NCBI GenBank assembly: GCA_013265495.1
Contig: MU058198.1
Location: 7,393,779 to 7,457,778 of the forward strand
From: Vicugna vicugna
Lineage: Eukaryota
Length of the DNA: 64,000 nucleotides
Direction of reading: 5' to 3'
Below the pieces are notes generated by a model that saw only the letters and a program-made list of their open reading frames with translations, was not told the origin of the DNA and made no database searches. Each line of letters opens with the position of its first letter. Positions within the stretch are counted from its first letter, which is position 1. The translations under genes were made by a program, and so were the position numbers. Below, piece after piece: positions 38,201 to 61,484 of this stretch.

Positions 38201-41200
38201 AGGGGAAAGAACTGTTTCTGCTGATTCTGAGATTATAGTTGGCCTTCGATAGCTGTGAGGAGATTGCTTATTGGTTCACATGATTTCATAGATAGAAAAC
38301 AGGATTTGGAGTCCTCAGTTCCAGGTTTGAGTTCCAACAGTGCTTTTTAATAATTGTGTTTGTTAAGCCAAGTCCATTTAATCTTTTGAGCCTTGCTTTT
38401 TTTTTTTTTTTAAGAGCCTTGCTTTTCACTTTTCTGAAGTACTAAATGAGAAGGAAGGAAGTGAGGATTAAATGGCGTAGTGAATGTAAGAAGTGCTTCG
38501 TATATGGTGTAAAAGTCATTTTCCAAACACTGATGCATACTAGAATCATTTGGAAGGCTTTGAAAAAGGTTGATTCCCGAGCCCCATCTCAAAATCTACT
38601 AAATCATTTTTGAGAAATGAGGTCTGGGCATTTGTATTTTTTCAGAAGTAGATAGAGGTTTAGGAACTACAGGTGTGGATTATCATGGAGAAGCTTTTTC
38701 TTACTAAGTGCCTTTCTCTCATTGCTGAGCATGCTCCAGGCTATTTCCCTCAGTGACTTTGGTTTGAGCTCCCTGGATATTCATCTCAGAGGAATAATCA
38801 GATGTGGTTAGTCTGTTGTCGTGAAGCACTCAGTGCAAAAAAGAATTGTGAATTTTTTTCGTGCTTAGGACTTTCTGGGACTGCTTTTTAAAGAGTTCTA
38901 AGGCTGACTTGAATGGAAAAGAAGTGGAAATAGAGGTCTCTGAAATAGTTGTTTTTGTCCCTGGTGGAACTCCTGGTTGAACCTATTCCATTTTATGGGG
39001 ACGGGACCACTGCATTGCTTTGGTAATTTGGGGGGCTTAGAAGAGAGTTGAGTTCTGATGTAAACCTGGTTTGGTGTAGACTCGGCCTCAAACATTTACC
39101 AGAATCAAATCACAGGATATAAAGTTCTTTAATTCATATGGTCTCTTTCTCCATACCCTCATAGGCATTGTGCCGGGCAGAGGATGAAGAGGATATCCGT
39201 GCGGCCACCCAGGCCAAGGCTGAACAGGTGGCTGAGCTTGCAGAATTCAATGAGAATGATGGGTTTCCTGCTGGTGAGGGAGAGGAGGCTGGTCGACCTG
39301 GGGCTGAAGATGAGGAGATGTCCCGGGCTGAACAGGAAATTGCTGCCCTTGTGGAACAGGTCAGTGTTGGCTCCACTGGATCTCAGCCTCACCCTCATTC
39401 CTCTGGACTCTGTGACCCTTCTTCTGTCTTCCCTGGTGAAAATAATCAAGGATGATGGGCGCTGGGCACCAGGTCCCTATGTTTATCACCACTACTCTTC
39501 CCCATAGCTGACCCCCATTGAACGCTATGCCATGAAATTCCTGGAAGCCTCACTGGAGGAGGTGAGCCGAGAGGAGCTCAAGCAGGCAGAAGTGAGTATT
39601 TCGCGGGAGTGGGGATAGAAGTGAAAAGTGGCTGCTTTCCACCACTCCCCGCCCTGCTTGCCTCCCTCTGACCACTCCTTGGGCTCTGTTGTTGGTAGGA
39701 GCAAGTGGAAGCTGCCCGCAAGGACCTGGACCAAGCCAAGGAGGAGGTGTTCCGCCTACCCCAAGAGGAGGAGGAGGGGCCAGGGGCTGGGGATGAGGTT
39801 TCCTGTGGGACTGGTGGAGGCAGCCACCGGCGCAGTAAGAAGGCCAAGGCCCCTGAAAGGCCAGGGACTCGCGTCAGTGAGCGTCTTCGTGGAGCCCGGG
39901 CTGAGACTCAAGGGGCAAACCACACTCCTGTCACATCCACCCATCATACCCGCAGCACCTCCACACCCACCCGCTACAGCCCTGCCAGGGAGCGAGTTTC
40001 CCGGCCAGCACCTAGGCCTCGACCCACTCCAGCTCCAGCTCCTGCTGCAATTCCTGCCCCAATCCCTGTCCCAGTTTCTGCCCCGATCCCCATTTCAGCC
40101 CCAAATCCAGTAACCATGCTTCCTGTCCATATCTTGCCTTCTCCCCCTCTTCCACCTGCACAGATTCCACCCTCTTGTTCTTCTGCCTGTACCCCTCCTG
40201 CTGCTTGTACCCCTCCACCAGCTCATACTCCACCTCCAGCCCAAACTTCTCTCTTAACTCCTTCCTCCCCTCTCCTGCTTGGTCTACCTTCTGTGCCCGT
40301 TTCCCCACCAGTCACCAACCTCCCCTTGGGCTTGGGGCCTGAGGCTGAACTATGTGCACAAGCAGTGGCATCTACTGAGTCCCTGGAGCTGGCTGATAAG
40401 GCCAGCTCCGAGACTTCCCCAGTTACTCTTGTGCCCCCTAAGGATCTGTTACCAGTTGCTGTTGAGATCCTGCCTATGTCAGAGAAGAACCTTTCTCTCA
40501 CCTCTTCTGCACCTAGCCCAACCCTGGCGGCTGGCAGCGTCCCCAACGGTCAAGAGCAGGAAGTGCCCGAGCCTGCCGAGGCGACCATTCTCTCAGTGCT
40601 GCCTGATGGTGAGGAGGTGCCCGCGTGTCTGAGTGAGAGCCATAGGCTGGAGCTCCCACCTTCAGCAGCATCTGATGAGCTACTTCAGGAGCCACTGGAG
40701 GCTGACAAGAACTCAGAAGAGCTGGTGGAGGCCCAGACCCCAACCTCTACCCCAGAGAAACCACAGGAACTTATTTCAGCTGAACAAGCTGAGGTCACAG
40801 CCCCATCAACCTCATCCTCAGCCACCTCCACACCTGAGGGTCCTTCGCCTGCCCGGCCCCCTCGGCGTCGTACCAGTGCCGATGTAGAAATTAGGGGTCA
40901 GGGGGCTGGTAGGCCAGGGCAGTCTCCAGGTCCCAAAGTGCTTCGCAAGCTGCCAGGACGGCTAGTGACTGTGGTAGAGGAAAAGGAACTGGTGCGGCGG
41001 CGACGACAGCAGCGGGGAACTGCCAGCACCCTAGTGCCTGGAGTCTCTGAGACTGGTGCCAGCCCAGGAAGTCCGTCTGCCCGCAGCATGTCGGGGCCAG
41101 AATCCTCACCTCCCACCAGTGGTCCCTGTGAAGCTGCTCCCCCATCCACACTGCCCACCCCAACCCAGCAGCCCTTCATAGCTCGTCGTCACATTGAGCT

Positions 41201-42398
41201 GGGGGTGACTGGTGGGGGCAGCCCAGAAAATGGAGAAGGGGCACTACTTGCCATCACCCCTCCTGCTGTGAAACGTCGGAGGGGGAGGCCCCCCAAGAAG
41301 AACAGGTCTCCAGCAGATGCTGGGCGAGGGGTGGATGAGGCACCTTCATCCACTTCTAAGGGAAAAACCAATGGGACTGACCCAGTCCCTGGGGCTGAGA
41401 CCCTTATTGTTGCGGAGCCTGTGCTGGCACCCCAGCTTATTCCTGGGCCCCAGCCTCTTGGACCCCAGCCAATTCATAGACCCGAGCCCATCATCCTATC
41501 ACCTGTGGAGAAAAGAAGGCGTGGGCGGCCCCCTAAGGCCCGAGATTTGCCCATTCCTGGGACCATTTCCTCTCCAGGGGATGGCAACCTAGAGAGCCGG
41601 ACACAGCCACTCCCGCTACCACCACCCCTGCCACCACTCCCACCACTCCTAACCTGTCCCACTGCTACTGTCGCCAACACTGTCACCACTCTCACCATTT
41701 CAACATCCCCACCCAAGCGGAAGCGGGGCCGACCTCCCAAGAATCCTCCATCACCTCGGCCCAGCCAGCTCCCTCTCTTGGACCGTGACAGTTCTTCTGG
41801 CCTCGAAAGCTATGGATCGGGGAAGCAGCGGCAACCCCAGGGCCAGGGGGAGAGTGAGGGTAGTTCCTCTGATGAGGATGGAAGCCGCCCCCTCACCCGC
41901 CTGGCCCGTTTACGGCTTGAAGCAGAGGGAATGCGGGGACGGAAGAGTGAAGGGTCCATGGTGGTGGCTGTAATTCAGGATGACCTGGATTTAGCAGATA
42001 GTGGGCCAGGCGGGTTAGAATTGACACCTCCTGTGGTCTCATTAGCTCCAAAACTGCGCTCAACCCGGCTGCGTCCAGGGTCTCTAGTCCCCCCACTAGA
42101 GACTGAGAAGGTGCCTCGCAAACGGGCAGGGGCCTCAGTTGGCGGTGGTCCTGGGCTGGCAAAGCGAAGCCGCCTGCAACCTCCAAGTCCCCTGGGGCCT
42201 GAGGGTTCAGTAGAGGAGTCAGAGGCTGAAGCCTCAGGTGAGGAGGAGGAAGGGGATGGGACACCACGCCGCCGGCCTGGCCCCCGCCGGCTTGGTGGGG
42301 TCACCAACCAAGGGGACCAGCGCATCTTGCGCAGCAGTGCCCCTCCCCACTTGGCTGGCCCTGCCATTAGTCACAGAGGCCGCAAGGCCAAGACGTGA
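14235..42398 (+). CDS. SRCAP: SRCAP, Snf2-related CBP activator protein (SWR1-type H2A.Z-exchange ATPase), 3246 aa, 32 coding exons
   Basis: Coding exons: 14235-14288, 15551-15802, 17286-17471, 17719-17859, 18628-18850, 18966-19243, 19895-19988, 20126-20215, 20715-20903, 20992-21323, 21426-21603, 22169-22305, 22603-22772, 22866-23058, 25160-25296, 25385-25571, 27070-27239, 27628-27893, 28103-28390, 28914-29078, 29358-29543, 29760-30026, 30375-31882, 34751-35016, 35153-35355, 37083-37252, 37403-37599, 37696-37810, 38016-38135, 39165-39359, 39508-39591, 39699-42398. All introns are GT-AG, phases are consistent, and the total is 9741 nt. Starts [13 protein letters not shown]. Contains the HSA domain ([16 protein letters not shown]), Snf2 motifs ([50 protein letters not shown]), a long Pro/Ser/Ala insertion splitting the ATPase, and three AT-hooks (RGRPP). 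Ends HRGRKAKT*. Confidence 0.98.
14990..15085 (-). mobile_element. tRNA-Ala-derived SINE (short form)
   Basis: TTTTTAATGGAGGTACTGGGGATTGAATCCAGGACCTTGTGCATGCTAAGCATGTACTCTGCCACTGAGCT. Confidence 0.85.
16128..16300. mobile_element. MER5A-like DNA transposon remnant
   Basis: GCAACATCAGCATTATCTGGAAACTTATTAGAAATGCAGATTC...CTCCAGATGATTCTGATGCATGCTCAAATTTGAGAGCCATTG. Confidence 0.7.
16525..16676 (-). mobile_element. tRNA-Ala-derived SINE (Vic-1-like)
   Basis: GGGGAGGTAATTAGGTTTATTTATT...GGAGGTACTGGGGATCAAACCC...CCACTGAGCTATACTCTCCCCC; same family as the 48163 and 55440 copies. Confidence 0.85.
19675..19804 (+). ncRNA. SNORA30: H/ACA box snoRNA SNORA30 (SNORA30/SNORA37 family), intronic in SRCAP
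   Basis: TAGCACTTTCACAGGTCCTCCCCCAGGCAGTGGGGCAAGGATTTGGTAGCTGGTGCTG...GGGACAGAG resembles SNORA30, which SRCAP hosts in human. Terminal stem TAGCAC/GTGCTG. Pocket strands TTTCACA and TGGTAGCT are complementary to 28S rRNA AGCUACCA-UC-UGUGGGA (sequence recalled). ACA box at 19799-19801, 3 nt from the end. Confidence 0.9.
20517..20644 (+). ncRNA. Putative degenerate SNORA30 paralogue (H/ACA-like or pseudogene)
   Basis: Shares GTAGCTGGTGCTGAAA with SNORA30. H box AAAGTA at 20575-20580, AUA variant box at 20639-20641, similar length (128 vs 130 nt), 70 nt upstream of a 3' splice site. Confidence 0.5.
22481..22570 (+). repeat. Compound pentanucleotide microsatellite (TTGTC)9(TTCTC)9
   Basis: Perfect units counted directly; ends 32 nt before the SRCAP exon starting at 22603. 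Confidence 0.95.
23360..23490 (+). repeat. Pyrimidine-rich low-complexity tract (TTCC/TTTC/Tn)
   Basis: Degenerate CCTT/TTTC runs and poly-T read directly. Confidence 0.8.
23969..24727. mobile_element. Cluster of L1 3'-end insertions in SRCAP intron 16
   Basis: Tiny antisense L1 end 23983-24034 with TSD; sense L1 3' end about 24141-24378; antisense L1 3' end 24471-24715 whose terminal ~45 nt are nearly identical to the tiny copy. Confidence 0.8.
25900..27025 (-). mobile_element. L1 (L1MB-like) fragment in SRCAP intron 18
   Basis: CATATAAGTGGAATCATACAGTATTTGTCCTTTTGTGACT; TTTGGCTATTGTGAATAATGCT; TATATACCCAGAAATGGAATTGC. Confidence 0.8.
32880..33810 (-). mobile_element. L1 (L1MB-like) fragment in SRCAP intron 25
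   Basis: GGTTCATCCATGTT, AATAATGCTGCTATGAACATT, TTTTCCAAAGTAGCTGTACC, TAATGATGTTGAGCATCTTTTCA. Confidence 0.75.
36384..36568 (+). repeat. Tandem duplication, 94 + 91 nt
   Basis: AAAAAGTCAGCAGGATTTTT(ATT)AGTATGTGCTCAATAAATAATTCAGTCAAAAATAATTTTGTAACATTTGAAACCATTCGGAATAGATGAAT occurs twice head-to-tail (36384-36477, 36478-36568), differing only by a 3-nt indel. Confidence 0.95.
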
Positions 42399-42782
42399 GT
42401 GGGCTGCCCCTCCACCTAGACTTTCCGCCATGGCCCCTCTCCCTCCACGACCAGGCCTGACTCTGTTAACCACTACTTGAAGTCTTTCGAGAGGGAGAAA
42501 TTCTCCAGGGAGACAGGGGCCTTCTCCCTTCTTTCCACCAAAGTAGGGGGTAGGCAACCGGTTGTCATGGAAACGGGGCTCTTCACATATCCCCCTTCCC
42601 TTCCACCCCACATGGCTGGGCAGTGTTAAGGGTGGCAAGATAGTCTCTGTCCCCACCCCCCTTGTACTTGATCCCCCAGCTATCTTTTACAGCCCCCCAC
42701 CCTTAGGGGAAGGGGGAGGGGCTTCTCTCTACAATGAGTTTTCTTTTTCTTTTTTTTTCTTTTTTTTTTAAGAAGAAAAAAT

Positions 42783-42788
42783 AATAAA
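42783..42788 (+). terminator. SRCAP: SRCAP polyadenylation signal
   Basis: AATAAA about 385 nt after the stop, preceded by a U-rich tract and followed by GU-rich sequence. Confidence 0.8.
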
Positions 42789-43138
42789 CTTAGTTTCTGT
42801 ATGAGCATCCGCGTAAGGAGGCTTCTGATTTTCTGGTCTGGTGGAGGGTTGGGTGGGAACTTGGGCATCGTTTTTCTCCTCTTTCTTGCTCTTTCCAAGA
42901 CCTTAGTACCTGATCTCTAACCCAGAGTTATGTATCTTTGAGGCAGAAATCTCCACCCAAGAAGAGAAGAGAATGGCAAGTCTGATCTCCTGGTAGGGTA
43001 CCTTTCCCTGAAGTGTCAATTTTAAGTCCTTCAGACTCACATTTTTCTCTCCTCCCTTCTAGTCCCTTGGTTCCTGGACTTTCCTTCAGAGCTATCTGAT
43101 GCCTCAGACTTTTTGTTGCTTTTATCCCTCTTTCTCAG

Positions 43139-43403
43139 GTGCTTTCACTCCCTTTCCAGAAGGCAGGCATCCTACCTCCTGTTGCTCCATCCTTTGCCTT
43201 CCCTTGCTTTTCTCCATCTAGCCAAACTGGTTTGAGTCAGCCCCACCCCCTTCCGAGCTCCTGGGGCTCTTCAGATGGTGGCTGGCCACCCAACCCCACC
43301 CTTGGGCTTGGCTTGGAGCCCTGAGTCAGCTCCATCTCCACCCAAGCCAAATCAAACCTGAGGCTGGAGCCGAAACTCACAGTCCTTCAAGACCTATAGC
43401 CAG
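43139..43403 (+). other. TMEM265: Upstream non-coding exon of TMEM265 / SRCAP-TMEM265 read-through exon
   Basis: Consensus donor CAG|GTAAGT at 43403 and strong acceptor TTTTATCCCTCTTTCTCAG|G at 43138. Confidence 0.6.
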
Positions 43404-44421
43404 GTAAGTCCCTGTTCATTTTTACATTGTCTCTGATCTCGGTTCCCTAGATCCTCTCCTCGTTTTTTCCCCCTGGTGACTGTATCTGTCTTTACCTCAT
43501 CTGAGTTCTTTCCTCACATCCTTTCTCCTACAGCTTTGTGTGGCATATATCATTCTTTGGTTGTCTTGCCCCTTGTATTTCCCCTTTTGTAGCCTTTGTT
43601 ACTTGTGTTCAGAGAACTGCAAATGGTTCCATTTTGTTTAGAATGTAGGGGAATAGAAGTGAAGGTAGAAAAGTGGCTTGATGCCAGAGCTCTGAGAATT
43701 AGAGAGATGAGAAATGATTAACTACAGCATCATTATGCCAGTTTCTGTGTGAGTTATGAGGTCATTTGGAGTCCAGAGTGTTAATTTGATTGTGTATAGC
43801 ATGGGTTAAAATTGAGAGAGGAGGTGGTAGGGAGTCAACATAGAAAGGGAGACTGATTTGGGGAGGTGAGATCTTTCTAATGTTCAGTTTCTTCATCTAT
43901 AAAAGCTTAGGTGAGTGGTTTTTCCCCTATCCCAAAACCGTTTTCATAGGAAATTGCTCCTTTGCTTGAAGTGGGGTACAGGGCCTAAGGTGCCATTCTC
44001 TGACCCCCTTCTTAATATTTGAGAGCAGCCTCTCAGGTACTTCGGGGAATTTTAGGGCCTTTTGAAAAACAGTTTAAAATCATTGACTTGGTTAGTCTCA
44101 GATTCCTAGTACTTTTTGGTATTCTGTTTTTCTCTACTGCTTCTCAGGGTGCACCTGTCATTTTGTTTCTCCCCACTTGTCAAAACAGCAATACAGATAA
44201 TGCTGTGTTCACACTAGCTTGCCTTTAAAGACTCAGAATCTTAGGCTGAGGAGAAAGGATTCCAGCTGCATGTTTCCTCTTGGTCTGTGAGTCACTTGGG
44301 GAATTCCCAGTGAGGCAACCTTTCTGAGAGTTGGTATAGGCCATGAGGACGTGATCAGAGAGGGGTAGAGTCTGAGCAAGGCAAACCAAGGGCTCAGTTG
44401 TTGGGCTTATAAGTGTCTTGA

Positions 44422-46068
<1,647 letters not shown>

Positions 46069-48162
46069 CCCTGGGTGGCCTCTGCTGAGAGTTAGCCGAC
46101 ACCTCCTGGATCCTGCAGTGCGACATTGCTAGGGTCCAGTGCCAACAGTGGTACTTCCTGGCTGGAAGGATGGTGCTTCTCTCAAAGGACTTTGGAAGAG
46201 CTCTTTAGCCCTTATAAAAGGAGGCGGCAGCTGAGACTGATGAGGGGAGGTCAGCCTGCTCTGTTCTTTCAGTGCCCACCATCCCCTATTCCCCACAACC
46301 TACCCCATCCTCGGGGCCTCCAGGAGGTGGGGTTGAAGACCAGGCCTGATTTTATTAGTATTTGTTTTGTAATAAAACTCTTTTTTAGTGGTGAAATGCT
46401 CTTGTTTAATTGTTCTTCTTTTGCTTTTCCCTGGGCCCTTGGTGAGAGCCAGGCTAGACATCTGACTAATGGCAGAAGTCTGCATCTCCCCTTACCTAGG
46501 AGCTCCAAGAGGAGGAAAGGATTTTTCCCCCCTTTTTCCTTCTTCTGGAAGTTTCCCTTCTTGGAAAGATCCAAGTTTCTCCCTTACATGTCAACAGAGA
46601 CCCTGAGGCCAGAGAGGAAGAGTCATAGCAGCAGCTACTGTTTATTGAGTACTTACTATGTTCCAGGCTGTGTTCTAAGCATTTTATAATTTCTTCACTT
46701 CTTCAGGCCTCAAAATCACTCAATAGTAGGTACAATTGTTCTCATTTTATAGTTGAGGAAATAGGCACAGATTACCGAAAGTGACACAGCTAGTAAGTGG
46801 CAGAGCTGGAATTCAATCCAGACAGTTTAGTTCCAGAGTCAGAAGAGTGGTGAAAGGTTTGGATAACAGCAACCCTGTATGTGGAGGTTTGTATGATTAT
46901 AATAAGTCTTCATATCCTTTCTCTTGAGCCTCATGATAATATTTTAAACATTTTTTAAAAATTTTTGTGAGGTGTATCACACATAAAGGAAAATAGCCAG
47001 AACAAATGCAAAGCTCAATAAGTTAACACAAAGAAAACATCTGAAAAACCACTATTCAGTCAAGAAATTGAACACTGCCAGCACTCCAAATCCTCCTTTA
47101 TACCCCTCCCACTCACTACTTCCTTTCTTCCCACAGGTATTTACTTGTGTTACCCACAGATATTCAGACCTCTGACAATGTAGTTTAGTTTTGCCTGCAT
47201 TTGAACACTATATAAATTGAATCACATGTATTCATTGTGTGTCTTGCTTCTTTTACTTAATATTGTGAGATACATCAATATTTGGTGTAGCCGTAGTTTT
47301 CATTTACTGTATAGTATTCCATTATATGACTATATTACAATGTACCCATTTTCTGTTAGTGGACTTTTGCAATGTTCCTGTTTTGGGATATTACGAGTCA
47401 TGCTGCTTTGGACATTCTAGTACATGTCTCCTGGAGTACATGTGGTCTGGGATGGAGTTTTTGGGTTACTTTACCATAATGCAGAGATCAGCAGAGCACC
47501 TAAAGAAATTAGAGATGTTGCACACTGAAGAGATTAAAGGGGAAGGAGAGGCACATGATGATCTTCAGTGTTTCAAAGTGCTGCAGGAAGGAAAAGTGAA
47601 GAGAACCCATCATTGGTCCCAGAGGTTAGAATTACAACAATGTGTAGAAGCCATACATACAGTAGTGCTTCTGAACCTTGGCTTCACTGTGGAACCTCCT
47701 GGAGCCTTAAAAAGCCTGAGCCTTACCCCCCAGAAATCCTGATTTAATTGGTGTGAGGATAACTCATTTTAGATAGATTTTCTACAAAAACTTTTTTAAA
47801 GCTAAAATTTTATTAATTAGCAGTTTCAGTTTACTAGAAGAGAATATCCCATCCCCTCAAAACTGATTACATTAGCTCTTGCTATTTTTTAACTCTACTT
47901 TGAAAAAATTTCAAATCTATAGAACAGTAGAATAGTACAGCGAACTCGTGTACTCTTCACCTAGATTTATAGTCTAACATTTCACCACATCTGCTTTTTT
48001 ATCTTTCTAAGTATATAATCTAACCATTTGAGGGTAAGTTGAATGCCCTTCATCTCTAAAGACTTCATAATCTATATCCTAAGAACAAGGGTATTCTCTC
48101 GCATAACTACAGTATAACTATTTAATTCAGAGACGTTAACATCAATACAATATTATATTCTA

Positions 48163-48299
48163 TATATATTTTGTGTGTGGTGGGGGGAGGTAATTAGGTT
48201 TGTTTATTTATTTATTTTTTAAGGAGGTACTGGGGATTGAACCCAGGACCCTCAGGCATGCTAAGCATGCTCTCTACCACTTGAGCTGTACCCTACCCC
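48163..48299 (-). mobile_element. tRNA-Ala-derived SINE (Vic-1-like) with 17-bp TSD
   Basis: GGAGGTACTGGGGATTGAACCCAGGACC...CATGCTAAGCATGCTCTCTACCACTTGAGCTGTACCC. TSD TACAATATTATATTCTA at 48146-48162 and 48300-48316. Confidence 0.9.
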
Positions 48300-50539
48300 T
48301 ACAATATTATATTCTAATACATAGTTCATATTCAAACTTGCCAGTTGTCCCAATAATGTCCTTTATAGCAAATTCTGCTTTAGGGTCCAGTGTAGGAACA
48401 CTCATTATATTTAATTTGTTGTATCTCTAGTCTTCAACATTTTTTTAATGTGTGCCAAATACTGTATCTTATTACATGTAATATTTTCATACACTCTAAT
48501 GAGGTAGGTAGTATAATCCCATTTTACAGCTTTTACATTTCAAAAGTTTCAAGAAGCATATCCAGTGTCTCATAATAAGCAGCAGGGGTCGCATTCAAAC
48601 CTAGGTTGGTTGGTTGGTTTAATAATACAAAGCACATGTTCTTCACAGTTGACTCTCTTCATTATTACCCTGCTTTTTCAAATAATTCTCCCCTCAAGAC
48701 TTGGTTTTCTCATTTATAAAATGAGCTCAGTAACCACAGCGCCTTTCATTGAAACCCCCAGGAAGGCAAACGGGTTTAAATTTTTTAGGAACTTCCCAGG
48801 GATCTGTAGGGTTAGAGGTGATTATCACTGAAATGTGGTGCTTTGTACTTAGAAAATGTCAGGAGGTGTTTGTAAGGATGAGTTCAGTGAGTTCAGGCCA
48901 TAGTCTTCAACTTTTAATAGGTCCTCATCCATTCTTTTTTTTTTTTTTTTTTTTTTTTTGTCTTTCATGGCGTTTTGAGGTGAGGCCAGTTTGTAGAATA
49001 TCTCTCAATTTGAGTTCTTATGATTGGATTCAGATTATGCGTTTTTGACAGAAATATTACATAAGTTGTATGTCCTCAATACATCACATCAAGAGGCATA
49101 TGCAAATTTGTCCTTTTATTGGTAACATTGGCAACTTAGTTTTAAGGTAGTATCTGTCAGATTTCTGCAAGGCAAAGATATCTTTTTTCCTTTATAATAA
49201 AAAGTCATCTGTATAAATATCCTGTTCCCCAGCAAGTACTTACCAATAATTTTAATGCCTATTTTGCCCAAGTCAATTATTGTGAGGCTTACAAAATGCT
49301 GATGTTTTAACTTTATCATTCTTTCTACATTTATTAGTTGGCATTCTACTATAAAGATGGTCTTTTTCTCCATTTATTTACAATTTTTAGTGTCAGTATG
49401 GTCTCAGATTATTTTTGAATTCAGTTTGTTATATCCATTACTGTCATTAGTCTTCTTAAGTTGTTTTGCTGAGGTATAATTTACCTACAGTAAAGTATAC
49501 AGATCTTAAGTGTGCTGATGATGAATATTTTTACATGAACACCTGTGTAATCACCACCTAGATGAACAGAACATTTCTGACATCAGAAGACTCCCTCATG
49601 GCCTTCTCAGTCTCATTATTTGTTTTGTCTCTGACTTCAACCCGGTTCATGTGTCTAAGTCTTCATCTTTTTCACTTTCTGGCACACATTATTCTAGGCT
49701 CATCTTGTACTTTATCTGTTCCAGCCTGGGAATTGGCCATTTCTCTCAAGGAGCCCTGGTTCCTGATTCCTCTTGTTGAGGACGTTACTTTGAAATCAGT
49801 ATCTAGACACTAGCTGTGCTCATTCTACTGGGATGTTATTGCTTTTAGGCCCTTTCAGAGGTTAAAGCTAGAAAATATCTAGTTTCATCTATTTAAAATT
49901 TATTCTTAAAATCACAACTCTAATTTCAATCAATCATAAGTTTCTTCCTCTCCTTTTCCCATTCCAAATTTCGTATTTTCACAGTAAGAACCTTGGCTGT
50001 GAACTGCATCAATATGTTTATTGCTTTGCTCAATTTCAAATTAATCCCATTGTATTACCAAACAAGCCTAAGTAAAGTTCAAGATTTCTTTGCAATTATT
50101 TTGTCTTTAAGTTGGTGATATAAAGTCAAAGTACTCCATTAAAAAGTTACCTGGATTCGTTTTTCCCCTTTTATATGGATGGTTGCGATTCCAAAGTGAC
50201 ATTTCTAAGACAATTGTAAGAAGATTAAATGAATTCATTCTATGCCTCATTCGCTGGAACATAGCCTCCACAAGGGTATAAAGGCTTTTTTCTTTTTTCA
50301 TTGCTGTTGGTGTAACGCTTAGACGCTCAACAAATATTTGTTGAATGAGTAAGTGAATGCCAGGGTTGAACTGTGCACTGAGAAGATTTATGAAGTAAGT
50401 CGCTCCTGCCAGAATCGCACAATCTGATAGGCTAGAACAGAATGTGACACTTCTCAAGGCTTTTGGAAGGGGATGGTGGAAGATCGGGAAAATGTGTAAC
50501 CCTAGATGGTGAGCACTTGGGCTCTGGAGGTATTCAAAA

Positions 50540-51546
50540 TTCGGAGCAGCCATCGGACGAAAAAGCCTCTTCTGGCCGACCGGCTGCGGCTCGTCCAAAA
50601 TCGCACCAAGTGGCCAAGTCCAGGTCCAAGCTGCGTGCTCCGAATGTTTTAAGAGCTGGAGTCTGCCCCTCAAGGCAGGCGTTTTGGACCAGGATGCCAA
50701 TACTTTTAAAAGCCGAGTTCAGATAAAGATTCTGGGAGACCGAGGGGCCACGCGCAAGTCCCAGAGTCGGAGACGCAGCGAGTATCGCGTCCCAGCAACT
50801 CGGCAGTCAAGCTTCCTGGTAAACCTAACTTCCGGGTCCCTTTTCAGGCCTCCAATCCCACTGGTTAGCAAGCTCCGCCTTCTTCTGGCCCCAGCAGATT
50901 CCGTGCTCTGATTGGCCGTACCTGAAGCCCCGCCCTAACGACGCAACCCTAGGTAACTCCGAGCTCCAACTCCGGCTCCAGCCTCAGGAATCTCGGCTTC
51001 CTATTGGACTACCAGTTTCCAATCGGAAGGGTTTTTGAACCTGAGTCTTCGGGTGGCGCTGGCCATTGGGGGACAGAATGGGGGCGAGGCCTGAGGTCGC
51101 CGCCTGCACCGCCTAGGGATAAGCAAGGAACTAGAAGCGAACCCCACAACAGAGCAAGCCTCCCGTCGAGTCTGGCTTCTGTCCCCGCCTCCGCAGGTCA
51201 GCCAGCGCGAGACCCCGCGCCCCCTCCCAGCGGCCGCCCAAGTGCGCCTGCGCAGCAACAGCCGTCCGCCCGAGTGCCCCTTCCCTTCTTCCTCCGCACC
51301 CTTTCCCTTCCCCTCCTCCGCCCCCTTTCCCTGCCTTGCCACCCGATCCCGACCCCTAAGGCCCTTTCGTGGGGTCTCCCCTGCCCCGATCCTTCCCACA
51401 CCCCGTCCCCATTCCCCAGGATCCTGGCTCCCCAGCAGCAAGGGCTGCGCCTCCGCCAGCCGCGATGTGCGTCTTCTCAGAGCCTGTGGACCTCCCTGCC
51501 CTCACTGCCCTCGGTTTCCTCCACACAGGCCCCCAGCTCCTTCAGA

Positions 51547-51560
<14 letters not shown>
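50540..51560 (+). promoter_or_regulatory. PHKG2: PHKG2 CpG-island promoter and non-coding exon 1 (likely donor CAG|GTCAGC at 51196)
   Basis: CpG-rich. ETS ACTTCCGG 50828-50835; CCAAT boxes at 50852, 50911 (reverse), 51003 (reverse), 51019 and 51065 (reverse); GC box CCCCGCCC 50928-50935. Exon 2 acceptor at 51528 is 18 nt before the ATG. Confidence 0.8.
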
Positions 51561-61484
<9,924 letters not shown>

